This document shows positions 1-12,060 of a stretch of DNA of 64,000 nt, in pieces; position 1 is the first letter of the stretch, and every line of letters begins with the position of its first letter. Both the position numbers and the translations under genes were made by a program. The notes beneath the pieces were generated by a model. It was not told the DNA's origin. It did not search any database and was given only the letters and a program-made list of their open reading frames with translations. The stretch is from assembly GCA_003693705.1 (NCBI GenBank), contig RBZT01000563.1:62001-126000 (forward strand), written 5' to 3'. The stretch is from Polymyxa betae A26-41 (Eukaryota; Protista; Endomyxa: Phytomyxea).

Positions 1-681
1 CGTCCTTGGTCAATAACAAACAGATGCCAAACATTCCCATCTCTTCGTTACCTTCTGTCGATCTGTAGCACTGATCTTGTTCCAGCTCTGGCCGATTTCG
101 CGGTTAACTTCGGTTAGTGCCAGATCGGGTCGTACTCTTAGCATCCTTGTTCGACATTCATTGACGTAGAACGCGTATGATGACGATGGTGGGATGGGAT
201 GTCTCATTCCATTCCGTTGTCGTTTGTATCCTGTCCTTTTTTCACCATCTTCTTCACCTGGAGCTTTTATGATGCCGTTGTTTGGCATGCCTTCAACAGC
301 ACGTGCATAATCCAGCGACGAAGTTCCTAACGACTGCAATCCTGGTTACAAAGGTTGCAGGCATTTCGAATGACGATGTATTACCAAAGGGAATGTACGA
401 GATAATCCACCAAACTGATGTGGGAATGTTGGGGGTCGTTCCATGATTGGAATGCCTTCAGGGGTTGGAGAAAGATTAGCCAGAACGAGCTGCTTCGGCA
501 ATGGCGGATTGATCTGCAGTCTGCCTGGCGAACTCGGAGGGACAGTTAGCTTGGAATCGATCATCAGCGATTCTTCCCAGGATGAATCGTTTTCAAACGG
601 TTTATCGGAGGAGAACCCGGGCATAATTATATCTGGGATGGAGAAGAGCGCCGACCCGGGCTCATTGTAATGATGACTCAT
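1..681 (-). CDS. HMG-box protein (3' end outside window)
   Basis: ORFs 346-681 and 10-339 join through a short phase-1 intron (~342-397). HMG box PIPPSSSYAFYVNECRTRMLRVRPDLALTEVNREIGQSWNKISATDRQK, then another GT donor near 51. Confidence 0.75.
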
Positions 682-1037
682 ACACGTTCTGGGAAGAAGC
701 TTGAGATCTCGTAGCTGCCCACGACTTGGAGTTCTGACAAGAGCACCGCAAATGGTCCGGCAATCCCTTCGGAATCGACACAGGCATGATCGTAGTCAAC
801 AGTCACAGCAACCATCACAGATCATTTTTCTAGGCTCATCCGGGGTCAGGTCGTACTGCCTCCAACACCTGTGAAGGCAGTTGGACTCTCCCACGTTTGA
901 CGTGTCGTCATTACTTATGTACCTATATTCACCAGATATGATGTTATGATGACCGATATTCGTTGCTTTTTATTTCTGCGAAAATGATAGGCAAATACTA
1001 CATGATGGAGACCTAGTTTGTTGCTACAAGGACATAT

Positions 1038-4000
1038 CTAAACCGTCATTATTAAACTGACGAATTCATCAACTGCTGTCGGGTTGTTCAGATCTAGATT
1101 TATGAAAGATTCGTACAGGTTTTCATATCCTGTACCGTCCGTATTGATTCTATGTATGGGCTTTAAAAACATATGTTAGTTTGAACTTCAACCGGCTGAT
1201 CAGTGTACCTGTTGATTCATATACGCTTCGGAAACCTGCTTTGCTCTTTTGATAATTGCAGCAGGAATTCCTGCCATTACTGCACAATCCAGTCCATAGC
1301 TGTTCATGGAGACTCCAGGTACAAGCTTGTATAAGAAGGTCACCTGATCATCAATCAAAGGCAGATTTGATCGGACGTTTTCTTGAGGGGCTTTGGTGAT
1401 CACATCCATTTTGTAAAACGATATCGGCGAGAAGTTTTCTTGATCGGGTAATAGTTTCAGGGTGAAAAGCTCATGAAAATGAGTTGTAACTGAAGTTATC
1501 ATTGGAACAGTAATTTGAAATCTAAATCATTTCTTACTAATAGCTCGAGGAATTTCACTTGAATCTCTGTTTCCGAAATAATGGATCACAGAAGTCAAAA
1601 GAGCAATTCCATCCTCTTTGCATGTTCCTTTACCAAATTCATCAAGCAAAAGCCTAAGCAAACCTCAACGAAAGCAACTCCGATTGCTTTAGTTGCCTAC
1701 AAACTCGATGGCGTAGCATGTCGCAACATTCCTGTTGTAAAACATGTAGTGTTTCCCTTTCAGCAAACGCTGGCCCTTACTGCTTATTTGGTTACAATCT
1801 GTAGCAAACGTTGACAGTGATGACATAGCCGTTTCCTGAAGATCAATGCGACAAAATATTTGGTCAACAAACCCCAAAACAGCGTTTTCAGCTGGTACAA
1901 ACTGTGCTCTGAGCGTTATCTACAAGTCTTGTTTTCACAGTTTCCTACCGATCCACAATGTGCCAAGTCTGGACATGCAGTCAATTAAGTTGAGAACATT
2001 TTGAGCAAAGCAATACCCACAGACTATGATTCCCACTTGTTTGAGAAATATGCTTTTTCCGCTTCGATTAGGTCCGGTAATCAACATCATTGGTCTACCT
2101 GTGGGGAATTAAAACAGATCCAATATGATATAGTGCAGGGGAATTACTTGATTCTGAATCCCCAAGATAAGTGTCGTTTGGAATGAACTGATCAAGAGTT
2201 TGCCCTTGTACAAAATGGAAGCCATTTCTTATCTCGATATACTTTTCATTTATGAAATGAGGTCTGGTCAAGTTGTAGATTGATGCAGCTTTCGCTAATG
2301 ATAAAAGGCTAATGACTTTAAAAACGAGCCATTTCCACATTCATTGCATACCAATCGATTTCTGCTACTGCTGATGACAACGTTATCAGCTGTGATTTGC
2401 ATGCGATGACACGTTCTGCTAACTCTCGAACAAAACTGGCTTCGATGTCAAGAATTACGCCTGGAAGTTGATCAGATGTGAGTTTGTGAAAAAGGGTGTT
2501 AACCTCGAATATCTCCAATCTCTTGATCCAGTTCTCGAGTACGATCATTCTTGAAAAACAGTTTGTCTTCAGCATAGAATTGAAAGTCAAACGAAGGCGC
2601 CGACTTTTGCTCCTCTATTGACCGATTTGGATCTACAGGGACTGCAATCAAATGACCAAGTTGTGGTAATTGTAAGACTTCAAGATGTTGCAGGTCAGTA
2701 GGTGAAGAAGCCACCAGCTCTTCGGCAACAGATGTCAGGAAAACTCCCAATTGCTCATAATTATATTTCATTTTATCCAGCTAGCGTCATGTCATTTATC
2801 GAAATACGGATAGTGAAATCCTACCTCCGGGCTTATTCCTGAACGAATTTCTAGCCTTTTCAATAATTTGCTCTCTGTAAAATCGATCACCGACGTAAGT
2901 AGATTGTTCAGCCTACCGTTGTTTAATACATCGGTTAATAACAAACTCGACTTACTCTAGAATTTCATCATCCCAGATATCTTTAATCTGAGCACATAGT
3001 AAACCAAATATAGATAGATTTCTTGCCAACTTACGATGTTCAGAAGACAAAAATTCGTATGGTCATTGTTAGCGAGCTCACGTAAAGAGATAAATTGTTG
3101 TATGCTCTGCTCCATATATTATTAACAATCTGGACAACAATTCAGTCGTACCTCTGTCAAGAGAATCCAATCAGAACAGGTTGCATGAATGTTTTCCAAC
3201 TTCGACACCAAACGTTTCACGTCTTTAATAGAGGATAGTCGTAGGGAAATTTCAGCAAACCAATGTTCGTTTCTGGGGTCCAATAAAGCGCTGATAGCTT
3301 CTTGGCGTCCATGAATCACAGCAAGATCCGTGGTTGGAGCCAATAACCAAGCTCTTGATCCAATTAGCTAGGCGGTTGTTCAAGAAACAACATCAAATCA
3401 CCGTAGTAACTTTCTTCCTTGTGTCGTTCGCGTTTCATCAAGCAATTTAAAGACGCTAAGACCTTCTTTTCCTGAAGTCGAACCTACTGGATGGAATTCA
3501 CTCTGCAGGCAGGTTGAAATTGTCGAGCAGAAATGTAGGCAGTACGACCAATTACTTGAAAAATACACAAGGCCCTCAACGTCGTATCATCAACAATGAC
3601 CGTGTTTGTAAATTCCATCTGTGCAATTGCCAGGATGGAAAGAGGCTGGTTCCGGTCCTCGAGCTGGTTAATGACGTTATTCTTTTGAATGTAGCTTAAT
3701 AAGCCACCTAAGGCACAGATCTTTCGATTTTCAATGCCTATCTGGCGAAGGTACGGAAGTGTAACAGACATTACCATGTTCCTTTTCTCGAGTGAGACTA
3801 TGCTCATAAGCTTCATGGCTTGCGAGAACTCGCTTGTACCAGGAACATACTGTTCCTGTGATTCTGATGAATTCGATTCTAACTCGCGAATATGGATGAG
3901 TTTCAGACGCTACATTATTCGAGCATATCAGCAATAAAAAATGTAACACCAACGTTTACATTTAAGCTTCCATCATAATTGAACTCTGAACGTCGTACTG

Positions 4001-4677
4001 TTTGGACATTGTACACCATGGAATCATTTCCGTCTAAGCGAGGTCAGAGGTCTAACTCGCTGTGCAAAACCCAATCAAACCGCAATCCTGTTGAAGGCAT
4101 TCAAAGAAGTCTTCATCTGGTCGAGCTTGAGTGATTATAACTTTGGGCGCTAAACGCGACTTTGCTGTGATCGTTCAGAAACAATGCGTTTGTGGACTAT
4201 TTACCTACTGGAGTTCAGTATAAATCCATCTGGATCGACAAACTCTCCCACATGGATAACTTCTGACTCTGCATTTAGATAAGCTATTCCGATACGTTTA
4301 CTGTATTGGCGTTTAATCAAGTGCCGCATCATAAGGCAAAGATACCTAGAGCCTGACAAATCTGATCCATAAACGGACAAATAAATATTGCTATCTATAA
4401 AATTCGTGTTTTCGTCTTGTTCTTCCTGTACCGAACAGTCATGTATGAATAACAACTACTTGATACAAACTTGTTGAGGAGCTACTGAAGACTGGATATC
4501 ACACCGAGAGGCCGACAAGGGGGTAGTTGCTCGACAAGGTTGACGGTGCCCCAATAGACTCGTGTTCCCTCCTCTGCTGGCAGATCTGGGGCTGGAAGCA
4601 GGATGCGTCTGCCCCAGCGAAGACAAAGTAGTGAAACCACCTCTAACGGAAGTGGCGTCAGTCCTTGGCGTCGCCAT
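1038..4677 (-). CDS. MSH5: MutS homolog 5 (meiotic crossover factor), multi-exon
   Basis: P-loop ITGPNRSGKS (~2060-2090), VDQIFCRIDLQETAMSSLSTF, MSH5-type LLLDEFGKGT, FLYKLVPGVSMNSYGLDCA. No mismatch-binding domain I. Stop at 1038-1040. Confidence 0.9.
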
Positions 4678-5521
4678 TGTCCTGCTTCACCACGAAGCAA
4701 GTAGTCAATTTGACGCAAATGAAGTCAATCAGCCTTCCACTCGATCTAAACGGACATGACGCTGATGATGTATCGTAAAGCCTTAGTTGCATGAAGTCAC
4801 CCTTATCACTGGCGATGAGTCGACGATGCAGCCCCCTCACATTCTTAACAACCAAGTGCTATAAGGATCACAGTTTGAGAGCCTTTTCAGATACTAATCG
4901 ACAAGGAGATTGCGGAACAAAAGAAGCCCAACAGCACTCAATGTCACCGATCTGGGGTCAGCGAATAGATTCTCGTAATGTTTACTGCACGTTCGCACAG
5001 ATTCCCAGGCCTTTGATGGTTTCACATGCCAAAAACTTTATGTGACCTGATGTTATCAAACCCGCTCAGATTGCTGCAATTGGAAATTGATTAACGTCCG
5101 CGATCTCCGACTCATTTTTCTCCCTTTGCATTACTTTTACCTCGTTGATTCTCATTATCAGAAGGCACTTTTTTAGATCGTAAGATATACGAATACACAA
5201 AACAATGCCTATGAGCTATTTGCTGCCTGGGGGATAAGCAATCAAGGTCCGCCAAGCACTCGCTGTACTTGGTAATCTTCCGCCTCGGACCGTACTGGTC
5301 CAGGTTAATACGTACGTAATTAGGGACCTCATGATGTAGGCGGTATTGAAGAACTTAGGTAAGATGGCAACTGGCAAGTAAAGCCTGGTGCCCCCGTCGG
5401 CCAATCGACCCAACATCTGTATCACGCAGTCTATTGATTGCTGCATTCCTGATCTCATTCTGGGTTTTCTCTTTGGCTAATCATCCAGGGACTGTCTTAG
5501 CCTGCTGGACCTGGAGGAATC

Positions 5522-6460
5522 ATGGTCGTTGCGGATTTCGCCTGGAATCTCTCTGGCGCTACCTATGTAGCCCTGGCTGTTGTTGTCCTTGCAGTCGCTG
5601 TCCTTGTTCTTCACTGTACAAATACAATTAGGCGGCTGGAAGTTATCTGACATTGTTTAGACACAACCAAGAAGCCATCCAGAACCTTGAATGTATTTAC
5701 TGGTCCATCAGGATCTGGGAAAACAGTTCTTTGTTATAGAGTAGGGATTTTTGGTGCTCGGTATCTTGGCGCTTTTCTGATATCATTGCAGTTGGCCCAG
5801 GAATGTTTAAGAAAAACAGTGCCTTCAATGCAAGTAAATGAGCTTACTGTCAATTCGCCTTCTGGGCCACAAACTATCATTGATTATCCGGGCCATATCT
5901 CATTGAGTCTAGGCCTTGGCTCCTTCTTAGAACAAGCTAAACATGTTTTCTTTGTCATCGACTCCTCAGATGAACTATCGTTAACACATGTTGCCAAGTA
6001 TGATAATGACATTATAATTGTCGCCCTGTGCTGAACTTTTTCTACTAATAGGAGCCTTTATGCGGTCTTGACGCATCCTACAGTGCACCAGACTCGCACC
6101 CCAGTTTCGGTCATCTGCAACAAATCTGATATGGATAATTCTCTGCCAATGGATACGATTGCTCGCCAGCTCGAGAACGAAATGTATTTTTTCCTGACTT
6201 AGTCAGTGTTTCAAACTTTCATCACGTTTTAGAAACTCGATCGAAATTGCCGAAGAATCCATGCAGGATATTGATTCAACAAAGCACAAGAAGGTGGTTT
6301 TGCGTACTGAAGACGAATGTTTCAAGTATTGTATTGTGGATTTCACTATGGTTTCACTGACGCCTGTAAACTCAGATTCTCGAAATACAGGAACCGAGTC
6401 AGCTTTGGTATCGCTTCCGGCAGCAGCGGAAATGTCGACTTCGTTCTGGATCAACTTTGA
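5522..6460 (+). CDS. SRPRB: Signal recognition particle receptor beta subunit (Arf-like GTPase), multi-exon
   Basis: N-terminal TM anchor (YVALAVVVLAVAVLVL), G1 GPSGSGKT, G3 IIDYPGH, FVIDSS, G4 ICNKSD. Confidence 0.85.
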
Positions 6461-6642
6461 AGGTCCGGCTTGGACTCATTCAAGCATCACATATACTAAT
6501 AAAGTATTCTCGCTCAATGCCAGTATCTCCAAAGATTGATTCACAGATCATTAATAGCGAATCTTCTGTAGAAGGACGATATCACGATATGTGACATAAG
6601 GGAACGTGGAGCTATGTCATTGATGGTTAACAAGGCATTGGA

Positions 6643-6952
6643 CGATGCACGTTGACCCCGGGTCTGATCAGTTGACTGCAACTGGCAACGACCCCGATAA
6701 GTAATAACTTAAGTGCATCGATACCCAAAGCGGATGTCCAGGAGCCGCCCGGCAGACAGCTTGAGCAGCGGCATCCGCGAGCGTGTCGATCGGACCCTTG
6801 GTAGACAGTGGGAGGGCGGCGCAACCCGGCGTTCTGCTTAAGCGCCCCGGCAATGCTCGCACTGATTAGGAGCCGGGGCGGGAGCCTGGGCGACTTTTGC
6901 CGTGCCCGTTGGAGGCCTATGGGGGGCTGGGGCCACCCGACTTGACCCCAGG
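6643..6952 (+). other. Candidate structured RNA / 5' leader
   Basis: Seven or more complementary helix pairs identified by eye, with G-U wobbles consistent with the + strand. Confidence 0.35.
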
Positions 6953-6984
6953 TCTAGGCGAACTGTTCCCAGAACTTATAACGT

Positions 6985-7824
6985 ATGTCTGGATATTGGT
7001 CTCCACAATCCATCGTTACACCCGATCCCATACGATACAGCCACGACATGGATATGGCTTCGTTACTGCAATTCGAGGGATACATCCCGGTCGCCGACTT
7101 CCCCAATGTCATCTCACCACCCGGCGCCAGGAAGGAAGCTATGAAGGTCTATATGCGCGAGTATCGGCGGAGGCAGAAGTACGCGCTGGATTCATTGCCC
7201 GACACCGAGAAAGAACGGATTCTGGATATTCAGAGGCGGCGTGTACGAGACCGGGTTCGCAGGCACCGACAGAGGAAGAAACTGAGAGCACTCGGACTTG
7301 AGGACGACGAAGTGGAGAAGCGTCTTCAAGATCTTGTGCCAAGCTTTCAAGATCGCCAGATCAAAGCGGAATCGTCGTCGCAAGACTCGACGATGCCGTC
7401 CTTACATCAGCATCTGAGTTCTATGAGCATGGCATTAGATGGTTTGAAAAGCTTCGATGTTCAAGATCAGCCGAGCCCATCCTCATCCTCACCACAAGAC
7501 CTGTCGCCAACATCATTCACGTGTAATCTTCCTATCAATAATATGGATTTTGGAATGGCTATAGGTATGCCAGCAGACAGTGATATTCAAGACGACTTTC
7601 AGGAAAGCGACCTCGATCCAAGGTCGTGGAATGCGTCTCAGGTCGGCGTCTTTCTAGTGAATTTGAACCTGGCTCGGTTGCAGCCGATTTTCCGCAACCA
7701 TAACATTGACGGCCAAACGCTGCTGAGCTTGACAGCAGGCGCCATCAAAGGATTCGTCCCAGATGATGCTTGGCTGCCGTTGTTGTCGGCCATAGACTCG
7801 TTGAAGCAGGTCATTGGTGCCTGA
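6985..7824 (+). CDS. Protein with N-terminal basic helical region and C-terminal SAM domain
   Basis: Intronless 279-aa ORF. The C-terminus DPRSWNASQVGVFLVNLNL...IFRNHNIDGQTLLSLT fits the SAM consensus. The N-terminus has R/K-rich helices. Confidence 0.75.
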   Translation: MSGYWSPQSIVTPDPIRYSHDMDMASLLQFEGYIPVADFPNVISPPGARKEAMKVYMREYRRRQKYALDSLPDTEKERILDIQRRRVRDRVRRHRQRKKLRALGLEDDEVEKRLQDLVPSFQDRQIKAESSSQDSTMPSLHQHLSSMSMALDGLKSFDVQDQPSPSSSSPQDLSPTSFTCNLPINNMDFGMAIGMPADSDIQDDFQESDLDPRSWNASQVGVFLVNLNLARLQPIFRNHNIDGQTLLSLTAGAIKGFVPDDAWLPLLSAIDSLKQVIGA

Positions 7825-7955
7825 ATGTAAAATCATTGTTCAAGATACTGTATATAATAAGGAATCCTGGCTGATTCGTCTCTTAACATATACTGAATAC
7901 ACCGGTTGATTCTGCATCAGATCAAATGAACAGGCTCGAGATGACCACGCCTGTC

Positions 7956-9050
7956 TTAGCAAGACTTCCGACATTCATAAATCTGTATACGATCACCAAA
8001 GGCAATCGCTATCCGGCCCACTGACAAACGAAAATCGATACAGACTGCTGAGGTTGAGAATGGGATCATCAAGACCGGACCATCCGCCCAAGAAGCTAAA
8101 GAATATATCGAAAACAGCCCGTCTTTGGTTGACAAAGCAACAAGGTCACGATCAGATGCCATGGAATGCACATACCGATTCGGTAAACAAAGCGGAGCCG
8201 AACCCGATAGTGGGATCAACTGCAAATCACTGGTTTTGTTGATCGTTAACAGACAGGGACTTGTTCCGGGAATCATCAAGTCCAGAAGATTAGCCTGTTG
8301 AATACCAACAGGACAGGCAATCCTGTGAATCTCAACACCGTCTCTGATTATAAATATGGCGCCAGAATCCAGACCAACGACAATGTTGCCGTCAGTTTGA
8401 CATTTACTAATGAAGCAGGCCCGTCCCGTATCGCTTGATAATGGACACATCCACAGCCGCTGTAGCTCTATGGAATCCCAGGCTCCGACGAAAGGCGTAG
8501 GTTGCGATCCTTTGGATCCAGCCGCGATCAAAATATTGCCGTCGCAGGCCAGGTGATCGATCCAGGTTCTAGGTTGGAGATACGACTCATCTATCCATAG
8601 GCCGACAGGGTTGCTGGCCGATATTGCTAGCTGATCTGTGCCAGTCCAGGCTATTGAGCGGATTTCGTTAAACTGATACGACCTTCAAGATACCATCAGA
8701 TAACAATCGTTCAGATGTCAGTAAACTTGCTTAGTACGAATCCAATCTTTCAAATTATCGCATGAGTATGTTTCCAAAAACGTCGAGCTAAACACGACAG
8801 CGATCTGTCGGCCAGAATTTGAAAGGCGGATCTGGAAGGATTTCAGCCCTGGACGATGAGAAAAGACGATAACCATAATACATTGGAGATAGGACAGCCT
8901 CGATGTATGTGGCTATTGTGTAGACAAAGGTGCAGATGTAGATTGGAGAGATCAGGTCTGGACCAAGATTCATGTCCAGTAGTGAACATGCGAGACAAAT
9001 GTGAACAATCATACGGCGCACCTCATCACGCCAGCCTGCAACGCCTGCCA
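7956..9050 (-). CDS. Hypothetical beta-propeller/WD40-like protein, multi-exon (5' end uncertain)
   Basis: ORF 7956-8531 extends upstream (EIRSIAWTGTDQLAISAS; IDHLACDGNILIAAG; GNIVVGLDSGAIFI). An upstream exon joins via a GC-AG intron at 8683-8730. Confidence 0.5.
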
Positions 9051-9376
9051 TCACCTTTCTCAGCTCTAACACATCATATTATTATTGTGCCACCCATTAT
9101 ATGTAATACTAATCATTTTAATCGCTCACTCTTCTTGCCATACTGAAATGAATATTAGCTGTAGCAAAAGGACTCACCCATGAGATGTGAACGAATTGTA
9201 AATATAGCCATGCAATTCTTGCTACTGCCATGGTTGTGCTTGATGCGTTCAACACTCAATAATGTGAGCATTGCAAGTGATAAAATAGAAAATTCATAGA
9301 CGTTCGAAGTGAGCCGATACATACTATCGCTCGGCTTACGGTTAAAGAGGAACTCGGTATAAGGATTCAGAGAATT

Positions 9377-9915
9377 TTATACAACTTTTCTATTCTGGGT
9401 TATAACCCGAACAATCGCTCCAATACCGTTCTTTTCTACAATTTTGGCGTGCCATTTCAGCCATGTAGCGGATGCGTCTCCAACAGCGAAACCTCTGTAG
9501 ACGTATTTAAGAAGGAGATCCTTCAAAAGCAAATTAGAGAGTGGTAAAAACAAGGTGAGTTTGTTTACCTGATTTTCAGGAGTACAGGATGCAATCACAT
9601 TATCCATATCCTCATCTCGAATAGCAGCCAAAGCCTCCAATACGGAATCTCTAGCTAAATCCTGTATATAATGGGTTCATTCAGATCACATACACTGACA
9701 TCAATTTTGCATACCTTAACAACTTGATCAGTACTACCATATGGTGGATCCGAAAGGGCATGTTCTAAAGCTTTCAAAGGGCTCGACCTATGGACACTTC
9801 ATCAGGTCCAGGTGTCATAACGGGAACAGAATTCCGACTTAAGCAGGTCCCGAGTCTGGTCGACCTTCATCTCCATCTGCGACAGGTCATAGACGCCTTC
9901 CGATGCCATCTCCAT
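9377..9915 (-). CDS. ARPC5: Arp2/3 complex subunit 5 (p16-Arc), multi-exon
   Basis: ALEHALSDPPYGS, DLLLKYVYRGF, WLKWHAKIVEKNGIGAIVRVIT are ARPC5 motifs. Confidence 0.9.
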
Positions 9916-10302
9916 GACGACAGATAACAGGAAATGAAGTGAGAAAGAGGTCAGCGACAGCCAGCGGACGAAGTCGGAGGAGTGGGCTGCAGGAGGATGC
10001 GCTCACTGACAACCCAGCTCTACCCTTAACATGATCGCTCCACAAATCAATCAGCCTATTAGCTGGTCTCATCTCTCATCATTTATTTGGACTCACCTTA
10101 GCCTTAACGCAAGCTGTGACGGCATCGTTCAATCATCGCCAGATTGCATTCTCCGAAGCAAATCCCGCTCGGATCGCTTGGGTGATTGGTGACCCCTCCT
10201 GACGACGCGGCCGGCTTGAAACCGAAACGAGTCGTCACAGAGATTCCAGATGCGAAGTAAAACGGGCACGGGTTCATTTTTGACCAATACGAATACAAGG
10301 AC

Positions 10303-11907
10303 ATGTCAAGTGTATCAAGAGTCCTATTATGCAGCGTCATCATAATTTCAGTGTTTCAATTTGCTGTTATCTCAGCGGCTTCTTGTACAAAGGCCACAGA
10401 TTGCAATCATTTCGAAGTCTGCGGTTCCGACTCCCAATGCAGGACCAGGTCGCTCTGGCTCGATTACAGATGGCAAGACACGATCGGGTTCCTGTTAATC
10501 TTTCTCGGGGCGGTGCTGGCAGCTGGCGGAGGAATTGGGGGCGGAGGCGTGTTCATCCCGCTTCTAACAATGGTCGTTGGTATGACCGCCAAGCATGCTA
10601 TTCCGATTTCTCAAGCCACAATTTTTGGCGGATCCCTCGTCAATCTCTTCTTCAACGTTCGGGGGAAACATCCTAAGCGCCCTAACAGCCCCCTAATTGA
10701 TTATACTGCTGTCATGATGTTCACACCAATGCTGCTGGCTGGTTAGTGCTTTCATCATGTCAATGCAGGGATTTGACACCATCTCAGGTACGACAATTGG
10801 CGTCGTTTTAAATGTTGTGTTGCCTTCGTGGCTGGTCACTTTCTTGCTCGTCGTCATTATGGGTTATATTTCAAGAAGGACTTTGAAAAGGGCGATGGCA
10901 ACGTGGCACGAGGAAACCCAGGCAGAGCGGGAGAGTGAAGGTTCCAGTGTAGTTCCTTTGGAGCCAATGCGACATCTATCTAGTTACACTTCTGATGACG
11001 AAACTGAACCAGAATCTGCAGAGCTTCGATGCGACATTGCCATGATCATCATCATTTGGGCGTTTGCTGTCGTTTTTACCATCTTAAAAGGATCGAAACA
11101 AGGAGGTATAGTTGAGTCTGTTTGGTATAAACCTATAGTTGATTAGATAAGTATCATTCAGGCCTATCCCTGGCTGGCGTGCGTTCCTGCTCCGAAGCTT
11201 ATTGGCTACTGAGTGGCGGCTTATTAGTCTCTCTAACATTATTAACACTCTTTCTCAGGAGGCATCTGCAAAAACGTACAGCAACGAAATATTCTGTTGA
11301 TGATGCTGATGTGCAAACGCTTCTGCCTTTCTCGCCTTATGCTGATTTACATTATTAGGATTTTGATATCCGCTGGGATGCGAGATCAACTATCGTCTAC
11401 CCGGCTTTATCGGTTCTGGCAGGAATCGTTGGAGGTTTGCTTGGCATTGGTGGTGGAATGGTCTTGGCTCCACTTCTACTTGAGATTGGAATGCACAGCC
11501 GAGTCGTAGCAGCAACTTCGGCGACTGCCGTCTTGATAACAGCATCATCGGCTGTAGGTCAATATCTATTACTAGGTCTGTATCTACTTCGATGCTGCCT
11601 CAGTTCTGAGTTCAGTGGCGCAGACCTTTTGATTCCATCGTATTCGATATTCTTCTTTCTATTGGGCGCTGTTGCTACTGCAGTTGGACAGTTACTGTTT
11701 GATTATCTGGTTTGTAAATACCACCGGTTCGTAACAGCTCCCGCGTTTTGCTTTTGAGATTACTAAGTTTTCATCAGCACATCGCTGCTATCGTTATCCA
11801 TAGCTGCGATGATCGTTGCTGCAACCATTTTGCTGTTCATATCCGGTGTAATGGGAACCATTCGTGATTACAAGAATGGTCATCTTGGCTTCTCTTTGCC
11901 GTGCTGA
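10303..11907 (+). CDS. Sulfite exporter TauE/SafE family membrane protein, multi-exon
   Basis: Signal peptide and small Cys-rich domain, then AAGGGIGGGGVFIP, HP...PLIDY, GGLLGIGGGMVLAPLLLEIG, AATSA. These match the eukaryotic TauE pattern. Confidence 0.85.
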
Positions 11908-12060
11908 ATCGCTTCATATTTTCAACTATTTCGCGGTTTCCGCCATGAACCGCTGATGCATTGTATTACAGTCGTACGAATTCAAAATAGAACAATATGG
12001 CAGCTAGATCTACTGAGAATAAACAGATGCGGCACTCTGCACATTGGCAGCAATGCTGCG

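Noticed and set aside
6730-6780. SRP RNA helix-8-like CAGG...AGCAG, next to the SRPRB gene
   Set aside because: The loop is far too long, there is no GNRA tetraloop and no Alu domain.
10209-10226. tRNA anticodon-like hairpin CGG-CTTGAAA-CCG (Ser/Sec)
   Set aside because: No D-arm, TTC T-loop or acceptor stem in the correct spacing.
10199-10240. Hammerhead ribozyme-like CTGACGA...GAAAC
   Set aside because: Stem II cannot close (C opposite C or T next to the core) and no proper stems I/III are present.
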